Part shown: one piece after another, positions 1 to 10,910 of the stretch
Numbering within the stretch: the first letter of the stretch is position 1
How the letters are laid out: the number at the start of each line of letters is the position of its first letter
Assembly (NCBI GenBank): GCA_965261735.1
Contig: OZ253470.1
Coordinates: forward strand, 1,553,479 to 1,617,478
DNA from: Alphaproteobacteria bacterium
GTDB lineage: Bacteria; Pseudomonadota; Alphaproteobacteria; SHVV01
Length of the DNA: 64,000 nt
Direction: 5' to 3'
Notes under the pieces: model-generated
Told to the model about the DNA's origin: nothing
Seen by the model: the letters and a program-made list of their open reading frames with translations, nothing else
Databases searched by the model: none
Translations under genes and position numbers: made by a program

Positions 1-104
1 GGCCGGCGACCACCATCATGCGCTTTCGCTTGAGCGTCTCGAGCCGGCCGACGCGGATGTAGTCCCCTTTTGTGCCGCGCGCCGTCTTTCCTCGCGTCGT
101 CATG
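1..104 (-). CDS. 5' end of an unidentified gene running off the window start (N-term MTTRGKTARGTKGDYIRVGRLETLKRK...)
   Basis: ATG at 102-104 on the minus strand, 15 nt downstream of the quinone oxidoreductase stop; reading frame open to the window edge; too short to appear in the ORF track. Confidence 0.3.
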
Positions 105-119
105 ATTTCGCTCTCCGCC

Positions 120-1097
120 TCAACCACCGACGGTCAGTACCACCTTACCCGTCGAGCGCCGCGCGAGCAGGAGATTCATCGCCTCGGCCGCCTGCGCCAG
201 GGGGAGGCGCTGGGAGATGTGCGGCTTGATGGTTCCGGCTTGCGCCCAGTCGAGGAGAACGGCCAGTGCGCGCCGCATCCTGTCGGGGTCGTGGTCGGCA
301 TAATGGCCCCACGGACAACCGATGACCGAGACGTTCTTGACGAGCACGATGTTGGCCGGCGCCTGGGGGATGCGGCCGCTGGCAAATCCGATCACCAGGA
401 GCCGGCCCTCCCAATTGATACAGCGCAGCGCCGCGTCGAACATATCGCCGCCGACGGGATCGTAGATGACGTCGGCGCCGCGCCCGCCGGTCAGCTCCTT
501 GACGCGGGCGCGCAGGTCCTCGCTGCGGTAGTCGATGACGTGGTCGGCGCCGTGCGCCGCAGCGACGCCGAGCTTTTCCGCGCTGCCCGCCGCGGCGATC
601 ACGGTGGCGCCGAGGGCCTTGCCGATCTCGACCGCGGTCAGGCCGACGCCGCCGGCGGCACCGAGGACGAGCAGGGTTTCGCCGGCTTCGAGGCGCGCGC
701 GATGGGTGAGCGCGAGGTAGGACGTGCCGTAAGCGATGGGAAAGCCAGCCGCCGTCTCGTCGTCCATGCCCGGTGGCAGCGGCACGACGAGCGCAGCCGG
801 CGCCAGCGCCTCCTCGGCATAGCCGCCCCAGCGCAGCTGGGCCATCACACGCTGGCCGGCATCGAAGCCCGCGCGCTCGCCGCTAGCCACCACCTCGCCG
901 GCAACCTCGAGGCCGGGGCTGAAGGGGAGCGACGGCTTGACCTGATACTGTCCGGCGATCATCAGCGTGTCGGCGAAGTTCACGCCCGCGGCGCGGACCC
1001 TGATCTTGACCTCGTCCGCGCCCGGCTCGGGCGCCGCCATCTCCTCGACCGTGAGCGCCTCGGGGCCGCCCCATGCCTTGCACACGACGGCCTTCAT
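120..1097 (-). CDS. NADPH:quinone oxidoreductase / zinc-binding alcohol dehydrogenase (MDR) family protein
   Basis: 325-aa ORF; MDR-family features (GAAGGVG nucleotide-binding motif, VNFAD, quinone-oxidoreductase-like C-terminus). Confidence 0.85.
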   Translation of the reverse strand: MKAVVCKAWGGPEALTVEEMAAPEPGADEVKIRVRAAGVNFADTLMIAGQYQVKPSLPFSPGLEVAGEVVASGERAGFDAGQRVMAQLRWGGYAEEALAPAALVVPLPPGMDDETAAGFPIAYGTSYLALTHRARLEAGETLLVLGAAGGVGLTAVEIGKALGATVIAAAGSAEKLGVAAAHGADHVIDYRSEDLRARVKELTGGRGADVIYDPVGGDMFDAALRCINWEGRLLVIGFASGRIPQAPANIVLVKNVSVIGCPWGHYADHDPDRMRRALAVLLDWAQAGTIKPHISQRLPLAQAAEAMNLLLARRSTGKVVLTVGG

Positions 1098-2122
1098 GAC
1101 GCCGCCGCGTCCCGTCCCGGGTCCGCGGCCCTGATTGCGCCCGTGGTGACGCCGCGCCAGTTGCGCACCGGAGTCTCGATGAGCGCGGCAAGACGCGCGG
1201 CTTCGGCCTCATCGAGTGCGCCGATCTCGAGCAGCGTCGCCGACATGGCGATCTCGGCCGCGCGCCGGGCGCCGTCATCGACCTTGAGGACGACGCCGAG
1301 CCCGAGACCGCTCACGATCGCCGCCATCACGCCCTCGGCACCGGTCTTGACCAGCACCCGCCCGCCGGTGGCGGCGATCACCTCGCTGCAGTAGCGCCCG
1401 CTGCCGGCGACGAGATAAGGGTGGGCCGCCATGGCCGCGGTGATTCGGCGCGCGGCGGCGGCGCGGGCCGGCGCCAGGCCGGCGGGATCGGCTAGCTGGG
1501 CCAGCGCCCGCGCGAGGTTGCGCAGCGGCACCGCGATCGTCGGTATGGAGCAGCCATCGGTGGCGCGCGGCGCGCCCTCGAGATCGAGCGCCGCGAGCTC
1601 ACCCACGATGTCGCGCAGGCGGCGCTGCGCCGGGTGCTCGGGCGCGACGTAGTCGGCCACCGGCTCGCCCAGGTGCAGCGCCGTCGTCAGCAGGGCGAGA
1701 TGCTTGCCCGAGCAGTTGTTGTGGAGCGGCCCCGGCGCCACTCCGGCCTGCACGAGCGCGCGCGCCGACGCGCCGTGCATGGGCCGGTGAGCGCCGCATG
1801 CGAGATCGCCCTCGGTGAGGCCGAGGCGGTCGAGCCATGCCTCGCCGAGGCGGACGTGGTCGGGCTCGCCGCTGTGCGAGGCCGAGGCGAGCGCGATCTC
1901 CTCCTCACTCACCGAGAAGGCCGCCGCGGCCCCGGTCTCGATGAGCGCCAGCGCCTGGAGCGGCTTGATCGCCGAGCGCGGGTACACCGGCGCCTCGATA
2001 TCGCCACGGGCGGCACGCATCGCGCCCGCCGCATCGGCCACGGCCACCGCGGCCCTGTGACGGCTCTCGACGAGCGGCCCACGCCAGACCTCGACGGCGA
2101 TGGGGTTGACGGCCTCAGCCAA
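1094..2122 (-). CDS. asparaginase II family protein (L-asparaginase II)
   Basis: 342 aa; HNNCSGKH motif and overall similarity to the Rhizobium-type asparaginase_II family; ATGA overlap with the downstream quinone oxidoreductase gene. Confidence 0.8.
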   Translation of the reverse strand: MAEAVNPIAVEVWRGPLVESRHRAAVAVADAAGAMRAARGDIEAPVYPRSAIKPLQALALIETGAAAAFSVSEEEIALASASHSGEPDHVRLGEAWLDRLGLTEGDLACGAHRPMHGASARALVQAGVAPGPLHNNCSGKHLALLTTALHLGEPVADYVAPEHPAQRRLRDIVGELAALDLEGAPRATDGCSIPTIAVPLRNLARALAQLADPAGLAPARAAAARRITAAMAAHPYLVAGSGRYCSEVIAATGGRVLVKTGAEGVMAAIVSGLGLGVVLKVDDGARRAAEIAMSATLLEIGALDEAEAARLAALIETPVRNWRGVTTGAIRAADPGRDAAAS

Positions 2123-2317
2123 CTCCGCCGTCCGCCGACATCGTTCGAATCATGGAGAGCATGCGAGAACACCCGCAGGCGATAGCCCTGGACACTCGCG
2201 GTTTTACCGCTTCGCCCATGCCGAGTCGATGGAGCTCGCCGGGAGCGCAGACGGCGCGGCCCGCGACCGTCGCCGAGGGGGGTGACAAGTGAGGCCGGCC
2301 GACGCTATGTATGGAGC

Positions 2318-2830
2318 ATGAAGCGCGCGCTCGGGTGGTTCACGGTTTTTGTCCTAGCCGTTTTCGCCCATGCCGGCGCGGCCCAGCAATCACCGAAGCT
2401 GATCGCGTCGTTTCATGACTGGGACACCTTCTCCTACGGGGCCGGCGGCGCCAAGATCTGCTATGCCGTAAGCGCGCCGCTCGACATGGAGCCCAAGAAC
2501 GTACGCCGCGGCGACGTCTACTTCACCCTCACCTACCGCCCCGCCGGCAAGGTCAAGGACGAGGTCGGCATCGTCACCGGCTACACCTACAAGAAGGACA
2601 GCGCCGTGAAGATCGCGCTCGGCGGCCGGTCGTTCGACCTTTTTACCCAGGACGACGGCGCCTGGGTGCGCCAGCCGGCCGACGAAACCTCGCTCGTGCA
2701 GGCGATGGTCCGGGGCTCCGACATGGTCGTGCGCGGCACGTCGAGCCGCGGCACGCTGACCACCGACCGCTACTCGCTCCTCGGCTTCACCGCCGCGCGT
2801 AAGGCCATCGCGTCGGCCTGCGGCGGCTGA
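2318..2830 (+). CDS. invasion-associated locus B (IalB) family periplasmic protein
   Basis: About 170 aa with an N-terminal signal peptide ([22 protein letters not shown]) and an IalB-like core; the ORF-track start at 2282 is probably too early. Confidence 0.7.
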   Translation: MKRALGWFTVFVLAVFAHAGAAQQSPKLIASFHDWDTFSYGAGGAKICYAVSAPLDMEPKNVRRGDVYFTLTYRPAGKVKDEVGIVTGYTYKKDSAVKIALGGRSFDLFTQDDGAWVRQPADETSLVQAMVRGSDMVVRGTSSRGTLTTDRYSLLGFTAARKAIASACGG

Positions 2831-2873
2831 GGCCGCCCTATCGCGTCATGGTGAATCGCGCTATGCAGGCGCC

Positions 2874-3986
2874 ATGAGCCTCGCCCTGGAGAGCCCGCCC
2901 GCGCCCGATCCGCGCCCCCATCTCGTCGGCCTCGACCGCGAGGAGCTGGCCGCCGAGGTCGTGCGCGCCGGTGCCCGGCCGGCGATCGCTCGCTTACGCG
3001 CGCGCCAGCTGTGGCATTGGCTCTACCATCGTGGCGTGCGCTCGTTCGCCGACATGACGACCCTGCCCAAGGGTCTGCGCACCCGGCTCTCGGAGTCCTG
3101 CACCCTCGAGCGCGCCACGGTATCGCGCGAGCAGGTCTCGGCCGATGGCACCCGCAAGTGGCTGCTGCGCCTCGCCGACGGCCAGGAGGTCGAGAGCGTC
3201 TACATCCCCGAGACGGACCGCGGCGCCCTGTGCCTGTCGACCCAGGTCGGCTGCACGCTGACTTGCAGCTTCTGCCACACCGGTACCCAGCGCCTGGTGC
3301 GCAACCTGGGCGCCGGCGAGATCGTGGCGCAGATACTGCTCGCCCGCGACGCACTCGAAGAGTGGCCGGCGCCGCAGGGCGGGCGCCTGCTGTCCAACAT
3401 CGTGGTCATGGGCATGGGCGAGCCGCTCTACAACTACAACAATTTGGCCAAGGCCCTGAAGATCGCCATGGACGGCGACGGCCTGGCGATCTCGCGCCGC
3501 CGAATCACGCTATCGACGGCGGGCGTGGTGCCCATGATCGAGCGCGCCGGCGCCGAGCTCGCTGTCAACCTCGCGGTCTCGCTGCACGCGGTCAGCGACG
3601 AGCTGCGCAACCAGCTGGTGCCGATCAACCGAAAATACCCGATCGCGGAGCTCATGGCGGCGTGCCACGCCTACCCGGCGGCCTCGAACGCGCGCCGCAT
3701 CACCTTCGAGTACATCCTCCTCAAGGGGGTCAACGACTCGCCGGCCGAGGCACGGGCGCTGGTGCGCCTCATTCGCGGCATCCCGGCCAAGGTCAACCTG
3801 ATCCCGTTCAACCCGTGGCCCGGCGCGCCCTTCGAGACCTCTGACCCGGCTGTCGCGGGCGCCTTCGCCGAGATCATCAATGCGGCCGGCTATGCCGCGC
3901 CGCTACGTACGCCGCGCGGGCGCGACATCATGGCCGCCTGCGGCCAGCTCAAGTCGGCGAGCGTGCGCGCGGCCGGCGCCGGTTGA
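2874..3986 (+). CDS. rlmN: 23S rRNA (adenine2503-C2)-methyltransferase, radical SAM
   Basis: 370 aa; CxxxCxxC radical-SAM motif ([11 protein letters not shown]); full-length RlmN-like. Confidence 0.9.
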   Translation: MSLALESPPAPDPRPHLVGLDREELAAEVVRAGARPAIARLRARQLWHWLYHRGVRSFADMTTLPKGLRTRLSESCTLERATVSREQVSADGTRKWLLRLADGQEVESVYIPETDRGALCLSTQVGCTLTCSFCHTGTQRLVRNLGAGEIVAQILLARDALEEWPAPQGGRLLSNIVVMGMGEPLYNYNNLAKALKIAMDGDGLAISRRRITLSTAGVVPMIERAGAELAVNLAVSLHAVSDELRNQLVPINRKYPIAELMAACHAYPAASNARRITFEYILLKGVNDSPAEARALVRLIRGIPAKVNLIPFNPWPGAPFETSDPAVAGAFAEIINAAGYAAPLRTPRGRDIMAACGQLKSASVRAAGAG

Positions 3987-4495
3987 AGCGCCCGAGCGCA
4001 ACCGCCGAAGTCCTTCCCGACGTCCTGGCGCCCGGCCTCAAGGTGGTGTTCTGCGGCTCGGCGGTCGGTGCTAAATCGGCTGCCCTCGGCGCCTATTACG
4101 CCGGGCCGGGGAACCGGTTCTGGCTCACTCTGCACCGCATCGGGCTAACGCCGAGCGTCCTTGATGCGCACGATTATCGCAGCGTGCGCGACTATGGCAT
4201 CGGCCTCACCGACATGGCCAAGCACGAGTCGGGGTCCGATGCGATCCTATCGCGGGCGGCCGACGATCCCGCGGCGCTCGCGGCCAAGATCGCGCGCTTC
4301 CGGCCCGCCGCACTGGCTTTCAACGGCAAGCGCGCCGCAGGCGTGTTTCTCGGTCAGCCGCTCCTCTACGGCGTGCAGCCCGAGCCGGTGGGCGCGACCG
4401 CACTGTTCGTGCTCCCCTCCACCTCAGGCGCGGCGCGCCGCTTCTGGGACGAGCGGCCCTGGTTCGAGCTTGCCGAATTCGTGCGCCGCGCCTGA
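3983..4495 (+). CDS. mug: G/U mismatch-specific uracil-DNA glycosylase (Mug/TDG, UDG family 2)
   Basis: 170 aa; [10 protein letters not shown]...GPGNRFW signature of the Mug family; non-ATG start overlaps the rlmN stop. Confidence 0.75.
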   Translation: MKRPSATAEVLPDVLAPGLKVVFCGSAVGAKSAALGAYYAGPGNRFWLTLHRIGLTPSVLDAHDYRSVRDYGIGLTDMAKHESGSDAILSRAADDPAALAAKIARFRPAALAFNGKRAAGVFLGQPLLYGVQPEPVGATALFVLPSTSGAARRFWDERPWFELAEFVRRA

Positions 4496-4568
4496 GGTGC
4501 GCGCCTTGCGGGCGGGCGGCGTTGACCTATACTGCGCCGCGCTTTCGACCAGGGCAGAGCCGCACGCG

Positions 4569-5783
<1,215 letters not shown>

Positions 5784-5794
5784 TCCGGCGAAGC

Positions 5795-5960
5795 TCGCGC
5801 TCCCCCCCCTCCCTACCCTCCCCCACAAGGGGGAGGGGGGTGTGCGCGGTGTCGCGTCTCGCCTAGCTCTTCTCTCGTTGGCGGAAGAAGCCCCGCGAGA
5901 TCAAAGCCGTAGCCCCCCTCCACCTTGATGGGGGAGGGATGGGGAGGGGGTGATCCCCGC
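5795..5960. repeat. REP-like GC-rich palindromic elements / possible argG terminator hairpins
   Basis: Two imperfect palindromes (CCCTCCCCCacaaGGGGGAGGG at about 5812-5838, and CCCCCTCCaccttgatGGGGGAGGG at about 5903-5935) in the intergenic space after argG. Confidence 0.5.
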
Positions 5961-5977
5961 TGCAACGAGGTAAGGCG

Positions 5978-6319
5978 CTAGTCCGACTTGAACCGACGCC
6001 GGAGCGCGAGCAGGAAGAGGGCGACGAAACTCAGCACAAACAGATTGTAGAGGGCGGATACTACTGCGAGCCAAAGCGGAACCTGAGGTCCGCCCGGAAA
6101 GAGTGTCGGCGGTCCCTGCCCAGCGGCTCGCAGAAAGTCGAATGGACGAAACGTTTGCCGAAGCGCGACCCAGAGGCTCTCCTGTACCGTCTCCCAGTGC
6201 GGCACCCAGAGACCCTCGGGTGCGGCGAGACTAATTAGGACAATCACGAAATAGGCGGCGAGCAACCCAACCAACCATACGAGCGGTCGCCCGATGCTCC
6301 GCCCATAGTCGGCGGCATA
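5978..6319 (-). CDS. small integral membrane protein (2-3 TM helices)
   Basis: ATG at 6317-6319 is in the same frame as the upstream pentapeptide gene, 12 nt after its TGA; hydrophobic helices; no recognised family. Confidence 0.4.
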   Translation of the reverse strand, partial: YAADYGRSIGRPLVWLVGLLAAYFVIVLISLAAPEGLWVPHWETVQESLWVALRQTFRPFDFLRAAGQGPPTLFPGGPQVPLWLAVVSALYNLFVLSFVALFLLALRRRFKSD

Positions 6320-6331
6320 TTCGTAGAGCCA

Positions 6332-6967
6332 TCAGGCGAGCATCACAATCCGTGGCGTCCCCGGCTGGCGCCGGCGACTTTTTTGTTCGAGGGCGAAGAA
6401 CATGCCCTGTTCGTCACGGGCGCGAAGTTGCTCCATCGCGAGCTTGAGGGTGCGGTAAGCTGCTACCGCACCCTCACTCCGCGTATCCGGAAACCCTTTG
6501 ATGCCGGGAAACTCGGTGCCGTGATGAAGCTCCGCCCCGTGAAAGTCGGGCGCCTTCTCGAAGATCGCAGGTCGGAAAACTGTTGGATCACCGAATCTTC
6601 TGTTCGTAAAGGATACCTGACCATCAAAATGAGCATGCGAAAAACCAATCACTCCAAAGTCGTCCTTGCCAGGCCTAGTCCACGAGGCTGCGGAAAAATC
6701 GGCGTGATCTCCAAAACTACATTCGTCGAAGCTCACTTCGTCCACGAATACAGCACCTTTGAAGTTAGCTCGACGCCCAAATTTCGTCGAGGAGAACCGA
6801 GCTTCACGATCGAATGTCGCACCCACAAAAAGCGCGTCGTCACCAAAAGCTGCGAACACTGACTTACTCAGGTTCGCTCCATCTCCGAAAACAACGTTGT
6901 CGAATTTTACGTAATTACCGAGCACCAGGAATGCCAGGGTCGCAACAATGTTCACTCGCTGGGTCAT
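6332..6967 (-). CDS. pentapeptide repeat-containing protein with an N-terminal TM segment
   Basis: Tandem A(D/N)(L/F)xx pentapeptide repeats (ANLSKSVFAAFGDDALFVGATFDREARFSSTKF...); lower GC than the surroundings; start chosen at MTQRV (6967), the ORF runs to 7063. Confidence 0.7.
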   Translation of the reverse strand: MTQRVNIVATLAFLVLGNYVKFDNVVFGDGANLSKSVFAAFGDDALFVGATFDREARFSSTKFGRRANFKGAVFVDEVSFDECSFGDHADFSAASWTRPGKDDFGVIGFSHAHFDGQVSFTNRRFGDPTVFRPAIFEKAPDFHGAELHHGTEFPGIKGFPDTRSEGAVAAYRTLKLAMEQLRARDEQGMFFALEQKSRRRQPGTPRIVMLA

Positions 6968-7063
6968 GTCATTCTCCGTTGCATGAATAGTTGTATATGC
7001 ATCGTTATCGGCTTGGAGGGCCCGCGTGGCGGCCTCCGGTAGGGGACCAGTGTTTGTGTTCAC

Positions 7064-7825
7064 CGGCCCTCACTCCTTACCAGCCTTCATCGTTCGCCTT
7101 GCCCTCGCTGCGCACCGGCCTTCGTCGTTCACCTGCCCTGATTGCGCGCCAGCCCTATTCGAAGCGGCTTACGGTCTGTCATCTGAAGCGATGGTTGGGC
7201 TCTCTCGGTTGAAGTCATGATAGTTGTATATACGCTTATTGGTGCGGTGTTCAAGGCCGCGGGCTCTTCTTTTTGTGGAGATCGTCCGTCCTTCTGTGAG
7301 ACGCCTGTCTTTGCGTGAGTTCGCCCTTCTCTTACGCCGATTGCCGGCCTTCGGGCGAGACCGCCCTCCTCTTACGGGATAGCCCGTCCCCCTCGGGGAC
7401 CGCCGGTCGCGCACCGCCCGTCGCGCGTTATCCCGCGCCCGCTCCGTCGCGGGCGGTCGCTCAAACTATCTCGCGGACCCGACGGCACCCCCACGTCGCC
7501 GCCGCGCCCCTCGGGGCCCGTCTCGGGCTGTGCTGAGCGCTCGGAACGGCCGCCGCCACGAGCATGCGCAAAAGGCCGCGTGATCGAGCCTATCGGCGAC
7601 ACCGTGTCTGGCCCGGCAGTCCCTCGCGCAGCTCGCGGACCCGGATGGCACGGCCGCGTCGTCGCCGCGCCATCGGCGCCCGTCTCGGGCTAGTCTGGTC
7701 CGCTCGAGACGGGCGTAGCTCACGCGACACGCAGAGGGCCGCGTGATCGAGTCTATCGGCGATACGGCGTCCGGCGTACGCGTGCGCGGCGCCGGTGCGA
7801 GATTCCACAACGAGGAGAGAGTTCA
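7064..7825. repeat. about 760-bp non-coding, repeat-rich region upstream of the RidA-family gene
   Basis: ATAGTTGTATAT pair (about 6988 and 7222); six degenerate 18-20-nt tandem repeats at about 7275-7400; roughly 165-bp tandem duplication (GCCCGTCTCGGGCT at about 7519/7683 and GGCCGCGTGATCGAG.CTATCGGCGA at about 7573/7738); 11-bp-arm palindrome CGCCCGTCTCG...CGAGACGGGCG at about 7680-7720. Confidence 0.5.
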
Positions 7826-8218
7826 ATGGAGAAGCAAACGTTTCGCGTCGGTAAGCTTTCCGAGGCCATGGAGCGGGCAGGCGTACCCGTCTCGCCGGTC
7901 GTGCGGGCGGGCGATTTCGTCTTCGTCTCCGGCGTCGCGCCGGTCAACCCCGAGACCGGCAAGGTCGAGATCACGGATATCGCGACCCAGACAACCTATG
8001 TGCTCGAGAACGTCAAGGCGTGCCTGGAGGCGGCCGGCTCCTCGCTCGAGAAGGTGGTGAAGGCCAACGTGCTGATCGCCAACTCGGCCTACTACGGGAC
8101 CGTCAACGAGATCTATGCCCGCTACTTCCCCCACGATCCACCGGCGCGCACCGTGGTCTCGGTAGGCTCGTGGCATTCGACGTTCGACATCGAGATCGAC
8201 TGCATCGCGATCGGCTGA
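7826..8218 (+). CDS. RidA/YjgF/TdcF family reactive-intermediate deaminase
   Basis: 130 aa, typical RidA length and motifs. Confidence 0.85.
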   Translation: MEKQTFRVGKLSEAMERAGVPVSPVVRAGDFVFVSGVAPVNPETGKVEITDIATQTTYVLENVKACLEAAGSSLEKVVKANVLIANSAYYGTVNEIYARYFPHDPPARTVVSVGSWHSTFDIEIDCIAIG

Positions 8219-8357
8219 GCGTGCCCGGCGCCGCCCGCTCCGGGCCATGGATCAGGGGAGCCCGCGTCGAAGAACCATGCGCTGGTGTCGCGGCGGGGCC
8301 TTGCCCCCTCGCCGCGAGGCTCGGCCCCGGGCGCGGTGCGGAAGTCACCAGCCCTTG

Positions 8358-9503
8358 CTAGTAGCTGTCCCCGTTCAGGGCTTCCCATACCAGGCGCTGG
8401 AAATGGTGGGTACCATGCTCGCTGCGCCAACTGCGCTCGCGGTCGACCATCAGCCGGCCCTGCACGTAGCCGCGCGCCTTGAGCCCCTTCTGCTGGCTGA
8501 CCATGGCGGTGATGTCCTCGGCCATGATGCGGTCGCGGTAGTTGGCGATGTGGCCCAGGTCGGCCGCGTCCGGCGGGTCGTTGAGGCAGAAATTGTCGAG
8601 CCGCTGGCGGCTGGTCTCCGGGCCGGTCGGCCGGGTCGCTTGAATCTTGAAGTTGCTCGCGCCCTGGTGCGCGATGAAGATCAGATTCGGCCACATGTAC
8701 CAGATGTTGACGTCGGTGATCGCGCGGCTGCCGAAGTCGTAGGGTAGCTCCTCGTCCTCCAGCCCCTGCCGGCCGCGGATGATGTGCTTCGCCCACAGGC
8801 GGTGCTCGTTCGACTCCCAGCTCATGTCGAGATAGGCGCCCTCGCCCTCGCCCATGATCGTATGCAGCACCGGGCAGTGGTAGCACTCGTTCATGTCGGG
8901 AAAGAGCTTCCAGTTGTAGGCGCCGGGCAGCGGGTCGCTGACCGCAAGCTTGAGCCGGTCGAACGCCGGCACGGTGGCCAGGATGTCATCGGCGAGACCG
9001 GGGTACAGATCGGCGATCGGGGTCGGGTCCGGATCGAGGCTGACGAACACCATGTGCAGCAGGGTATCGACCTGAATCTCCGGCAGGCAGAAGTCGCCGG
9101 TATCGAAGCCGGCCACGTTCTCCGAGTTCCCAGCGGCCTTCAGGTTGCCCTCGAGATCGTAGGTCCAGGCATGGAACGGGCAGGTGATCATGCGCGTATT
9201 GCCCTTGCCCTCGAGGAGGATATGGCCACGGTGCATGCACACGTTGTAGAAGGCGCGCAAGGCCCCGTCCCTGGCGCGGGTCACGAACACCTTCTGGTCG
9301 AGGATATCGGCGGTCAGGAAGTCGCCGGGGTTGGCGAGGTCGTGGGCGTAGCCGACGAGCTGCCAGCTCCTGAACCAGATCGCCTCCTTCTCGCGCTCGA
9401 AGATGGCCGGGTCATAGTAGTACGACGCCGGCAGGGTCCCCGACCGCTCCGGATCAGAGGCAAAGCGACTGTGCGGAAGTTGCGCTGCGGGACTCGCGGT
9501 CAT
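8358..9503 (-). CDS. Rieske [2Fe-2S] aromatic ring-hydroxylating oxygenase, alpha subunit
   Basis: 381 aa; Rieske motif CMHRGH...CPFHAW; C-terminal catalytic domain. Confidence 0.85.
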   Translation of the reverse strand: MTASPAAQLPHSRFASDPERSGTLPASYYYDPAIFEREKEAIWFRSWQLVGYAHDLANPGDFLTADILDQKVFVTRARDGALRAFYNVCMHRGHILLEGKGNTRMITCPFHAWTYDLEGNLKAAGNSENVAGFDTGDFCLPEIQVDTLLHMVFVSLDPDPTPIADLYPGLADDILATVPAFDRLKLAVSDPLPGAYNWKLFPDMNECYHCPVLHTIMGEGEGAYLDMSWESNEHRLWAKHIIRGRQGLEDEELPYDFGSRAITDVNIWYMWPNLIFIAHQGASNFKIQATRPTGPETSRQRLDNFCLNDPPDAADLGHIANYRDRIMAEDITAMVSQQKGLKARGYVQGRLMVDRERSWRSEHGTHHFQRLVWEALNGDSY

Positions 9504-9749
9504 GCTGCCCTCAACCTTGTTTCATTGCGCATTCATTGAGCTAACAATAACCCAGCAGGGTGTGATCCCGCCACACAGACAACCGCGGCGGACCTAACGG
9601 CCGTGGGCCCGCCGCGGCCCGTCCTTCGTAAGCCGGTCTTTCCCCTCGCGATAGCGGGATGCTATTCAGGTGCGTGCCGGCGACGGCGGCGCTGTTGGAA
9701 CACCCTATGCTGTCCGGACAGGTCCGGAACAGCGGAGATGAGGAATGGG

Positions 9750-10760
9750 ATGGAATACCGAACGTTAAGCCCGGCTGGCCTCGAGGTGTCGACGATCTGT
9801 CTCGGAACGATGATGTTCGGGGCGCAAACCACGGCGGCAGTGGCGAGCCGAATGTTCGCACGCGCCCGCGACGCCGGGGTGAACTTCATCGACACCGCAG
9901 ACGCCTATGCCGACGGGGCCTCCGAGCGCGTCGTTGGCCGCTGCATCAAGCGCGATCGCCACGATTGGGTGCTGGCGACGAAGTTCGGAGCAGGTTTCAA
10001 ACCTGGGCCGAACCAGCGCGGGGTTACCCGCAAAAGGCTCATGCAGCAGATCGATTCGAGCCTGGCGAGGCTCGGCACCGACTTCATCGATATCTACTAC
10101 ATACACGTCGACGATCAGGCGACGCCCCTTGCCGAAACGATCAGCGCGATGGGCGATGTCATCAGCCAGGGCAAGGCGCGCTACTTCGGGCTCAGCAATT
10201 TCCGCGGCTGGCGGATCGCCGAAGTCGTCCGACTATGCGACGCGCTTGGGGTCGATCGACCGGTCGCGTGCCAGCCGCTCTACAATGCGGTGAGCCGATA
10301 CGCCGAAGACGAAGTACTGCCGGCCTGCGCCAACTACGGCCTCGGCGTGGTCGCCTATAGCCCGCTGGCGCGCGGTGTCCTCACCGCCAAATATTCACGG
10401 GGCAGAACGGCGACCAAAGGGAGCCGCGCTGGGCGAAAAGATAGACGGCTTCTGACCACCGAATACCGCGACGAGTCGCTGGCAATTGCCAAGGTTGTCG
10501 CCAATCATGCCCAATCGAAGGGCTTGACCGCCGCGCAGTTCGCGTTCCTATGGGTGCTCAACAACCGTCTGGTCGCATCGGCCATCGCTGGCCCGCGCAC
10601 TATCGGCCAGTGGGACGAGTACCTGAAGGCGCTTCGGCACACATTCGACGCCGATGACGAAGCGCTCATCGACAGCCTAGTGCCGCGCGGTCATAGCTCC
10701 ACCCCCGGCTACACCGACCCGTCCTACCCGATTATCGGCCGCCAGCCGATTTCCGGCTAG
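9750..10760 (+). CDS. aldo/keto reductase
   Basis: ATG at 9750 (MEYRTL...) gives about 336 aa of the AKR family; the ORF-track start at 9603 is an unsupported N-terminal extension. Confidence 0.85.
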   Translation: MEYRTLSPAGLEVSTICLGTMMFGAQTTAAVASRMFARARDAGVNFIDTADAYADGASERVVGRCIKRDRHDWVLATKFGAGFKPGPNQRGVTRKRLMQQIDSSLARLGTDFIDIYYIHVDDQATPLAETISAMGDVISQGKARYFGLSNFRGWRIAEVVRLCDALGVDRPVACQPLYNAVSRYAEDEVLPACANYGLGVVAYSPLARGVLTAKYSRGRTATKGSRAGRKDRRLLTTEYRDESLAIAKVVANHAQSKGLTAAQFAFLWVLNNRLVASAIAGPRTIGQWDEYLKALRHTFDADDEALIDSLVPRGHSSTPGYTDPSYPIIGRQPISG

Positions 10761-10910
10761 ACGAGCCCCAACCTCGCCGCGCTCCGGCTGGCGGAATCCC
10801 GTCGGCTGATCTATAAGACCGCGGGGTCGGCCCCGCTCAAATGATCCCGCCCCAACGCCATAACCGGGCTATTCCGGTTGCGTCCTCCGAATCTCGGTGC
10901 CTGCGACCCA

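Noticed and set aside
72-1394. 440-aa + strand ORF
   Set aside because: Antisense to the quinone oxidoreductase and asparaginase genes; Arg/Ala-rich low-complexity translation typical of high-GC shadow ORFs
4161-4568. N-terminal extension of the argG ORF
   Set aside because: Extension is Pro/Ser/Arg-rich with no homology; ArgG begins at the conserved [21 protein letters not shown]
7275-7400. Possible CRISPR-like array from the short tandem repeats
   Set aside because: Repeats are degenerate, 18-20 nt and contiguous, with no interspersed unique spacers or nearby cas genes
9603-9749. Upstream extension of the aldo/keto reductase ORF
   Set aside because: Cys/Arg-rich non-homologous leader; AKR proteins start at MEYRTL
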